Below the pieces are notes generated by a model, which saw only the letters and a program-made list of their open reading frames with translations, ran no database searches and was not told the origin of the DNA. 64,000 nucleotides of DNA from Takakia lepidozioides (lineage: Eukaryota; Plantae; Bryophyta): NCBI GenBank assembly GCA_030704615.1, contig CM060734.1:11842001-11906000 (forward strand). The letters are read 5' to 3'. Of the stretch, positions 63,685-64,000 are shown one piece after another. Numbering within the stretch: position 1 is the first letter of the stretch; every line of letters starts with the position of its first letter. Both the position numbers and the translations under genes were made by a program.

Positions 63685-64000
63685 GTCCCAGCCCTCCCCT
63701 TTCTCCCTGCCATGCTCCTCCCCATCCCTCACCTTCTGCTTGTCCAGACCATTTCGTTGGGCCACAAGGCTAGGGCACCCAAACTGTCATAAGCAGAGTA
63801 TCACTCCTCAATAGCCTGTGACAGAGTTGTTGTCTTATGGGCTGATGTCAGCAGACAACAACAATTCCATGTCGACCAAGAAAAGCCTGAGTCCTTCATC
63901 AGTCTCTCTCTTGTTTCTGGTTCTTTTGTACATTTTAATGTAGGCATGGCAGGAAGCTGTAGAAAGGTGCTTCGTCATATGATCTGCAGGAGAGATCTAT

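Overview
Eukaryotic, transposon-dense window from a land plant. The TTTAGGG motifs, PLS-type PPR fragments, chromoviruses and GT-AG introns suggest a bryophyte or other non-seed plant (inference). About 61 kb is nested, mostly decayed transposable elements. These include three copies of a Met-PBS Ty3/Gypsy chromovirus and a second Ty3/Gypsy split by an 8-bp-TSD DNA transposon, which holds an L1 LINE that in turn holds a 4-bp-TSD MITE. There is also a Pack-CACTA carrying PPR and SEC13 fragments, a large CACTA-like element with spliced cargo genes, a tRNA-derived SINE, and a truncated Ty3/Gypsy with a dUTPase-like domain between protease and RT. The only clear host gene is the 5' part of a GDA1/CD39 apyrase at the right end. 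The most unusual object is an element family present twice (24711-33744 and 43378-51805). It has TTATCA...TGATAA ends, subterminal arrays of a ~50-bp-periodic palindrome, a protein kinase gene and a RING-H2 gene pointing inward, a cluster of long hairpins and a 120-bp satellite, and no recognisable transposase. All calls were made by eye from the sequence and ORF track; no searches were run, and copy counts are approximate.
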